This document shows, one piece after another, positions 63,024 to 64,000 of a stretch of DNA of 64,000 nucleotides. Each line of letters opens with the position of its first letter. The first letter of the stretch is position 1. Origin of the DNA: Podarcis bocagei. Its lineage: Eukaryota. The notes beneath the pieces were generated by a model. The model did no database searches. It was not told the origin of the DNA and worked only from the letters and a program-made list of their open reading frames with translations. The DNA is taken from assembly GCA_964188305.1 (NCBI GenBank), contig OZ076889.1; one strand, given 5' to 3'. The position numbers and the translations under genes were made by a program.

Positions 63024-64000
63024 CTGAAAGATGATATCCAAAGTCACAAGTTACAATCCATTGCAGAACTGGGATAAAAATCTACACCCAAAGGGCTTGT
63101 TGGAACAGAACGGTCCTCAATAGGTACAAAGAGACAGCAAAAATTGCATTTATCTGATATATATCAGGAGGGAGTTCCAAAGTGTAGCTGCCACCACGTT
63201 AATAATCTGATTTGTACATCATATGGAATGAATCTCCTGATGTGATAGTATCTGAAGGAGTGCTCCTGCAGACTGAAGTGATTGTCTAGGTATATCTGTG
63301 GTGAGACAATCTTTTGGGCGCCTTGGGCCTTTTTTTCCAGCTGGAATTCTCAGGCGGGTGACATTGCTATTTTAAGAGAACAAGGGAGGTGTTCATGATG
63401 AGAAAGAAAAATACTACTAGTCCTAGTTAATTAAAAGCAATCAATATTATTAGAAGCAATATGCTGTGTGACTAGAGAGCTATGACCTAGAGCTAGGGAT
63501 GGATGTGTTGGGGAAATATTGGGGCACCATCAATTTTGGTTCTCTCAGTTTCTCATTTTTCCAATCTGAAAGTCAGTTCTCTGCATCTTTTTTGTCAATC
63601 CTCAAAATTTATTCAGCATTTTAATTTTAATCTCTCCTAACTGTATGCAGTTTTGACCAATATACACATTTTTGCAAGCACTTTCACCTACTGTTTTGCA
63701 ATTTTTTGTATACCATCTTCACTAATTTTGTACCCACTTTCCCCTGATATATGAAAGAAGATGTAGCAAAGGACCATGCAGAGAGCAAAGGGAGAGGGGC
63801 TGCCGAACTCTTTCCCTTCCAGCCATTTCCTTGCTCAAAACTGTTCCAATCACAAGCCGCTTTCCTGCCCATCTGTAGGAGAAAAGGTGCAAGAGCTTTG
63901 TGAAGCTTTAAAATGTGTACCCCAGTTAAATAATGCAAAAATCGTCAACTAAAAGGACACCATTCCTGCCTGTTGCCTGCATGAGAAAATGAAAATAATT

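Noticed and set aside
1-64000. CRISPR arrays, operons or other prokaryotic systems
   Set aside because: The sequence is vertebrate, with spliceosomal introns and SINE/LINE content; no repeat-spacer array is present.

Overview
Vertebrate (squamate, most likely lacertid lizard, inferred from Sauria/Squam-type SINEs) genomic DNA with two minus-strand, intron-containing genes in the order known from mammals. The 5' end of PTCH2 (patched 2, Hedgehog receptor) is present as coding exon 1 (5926-6087) and exon 2 (4675-4867), with a CpG-island promoter carrying a perfect GLI site; the gene continues off the left edge. The 3' end of EIF2B3 (eIF2B gamma) is present as its last four coding exons (62946-63023, 61247-61395, 45129-45232, 38128-38180) plus a poly(A) signal. 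The rest is ~31 kb intergenic DNA and long introns filled with SINEs, L2/CR1/RTE/Penelope fragments, hAT/Tc1-mariner/PIF MITEs, microsatellites, a full-length U6 retrocopy and two N gaps. Nearly all ORFs in the supplied track are spurious. I found no new gene family or system. The most unusual signals are: a Penelope-type micro-insertion that is inverted and has captured a 101-bp copy of DNA from 482 bp away, all within a TSD; a three-frame uORF cluster with a TAATG stop/start in the PTCH2 leader; a frame-preserving 5' splice site 1 nt into PTCH2 exon 2; and GLI-motif clusters extending into EIF2B3 introns. All identifications were made by eye from remembered consensus sequences, with no database searches.
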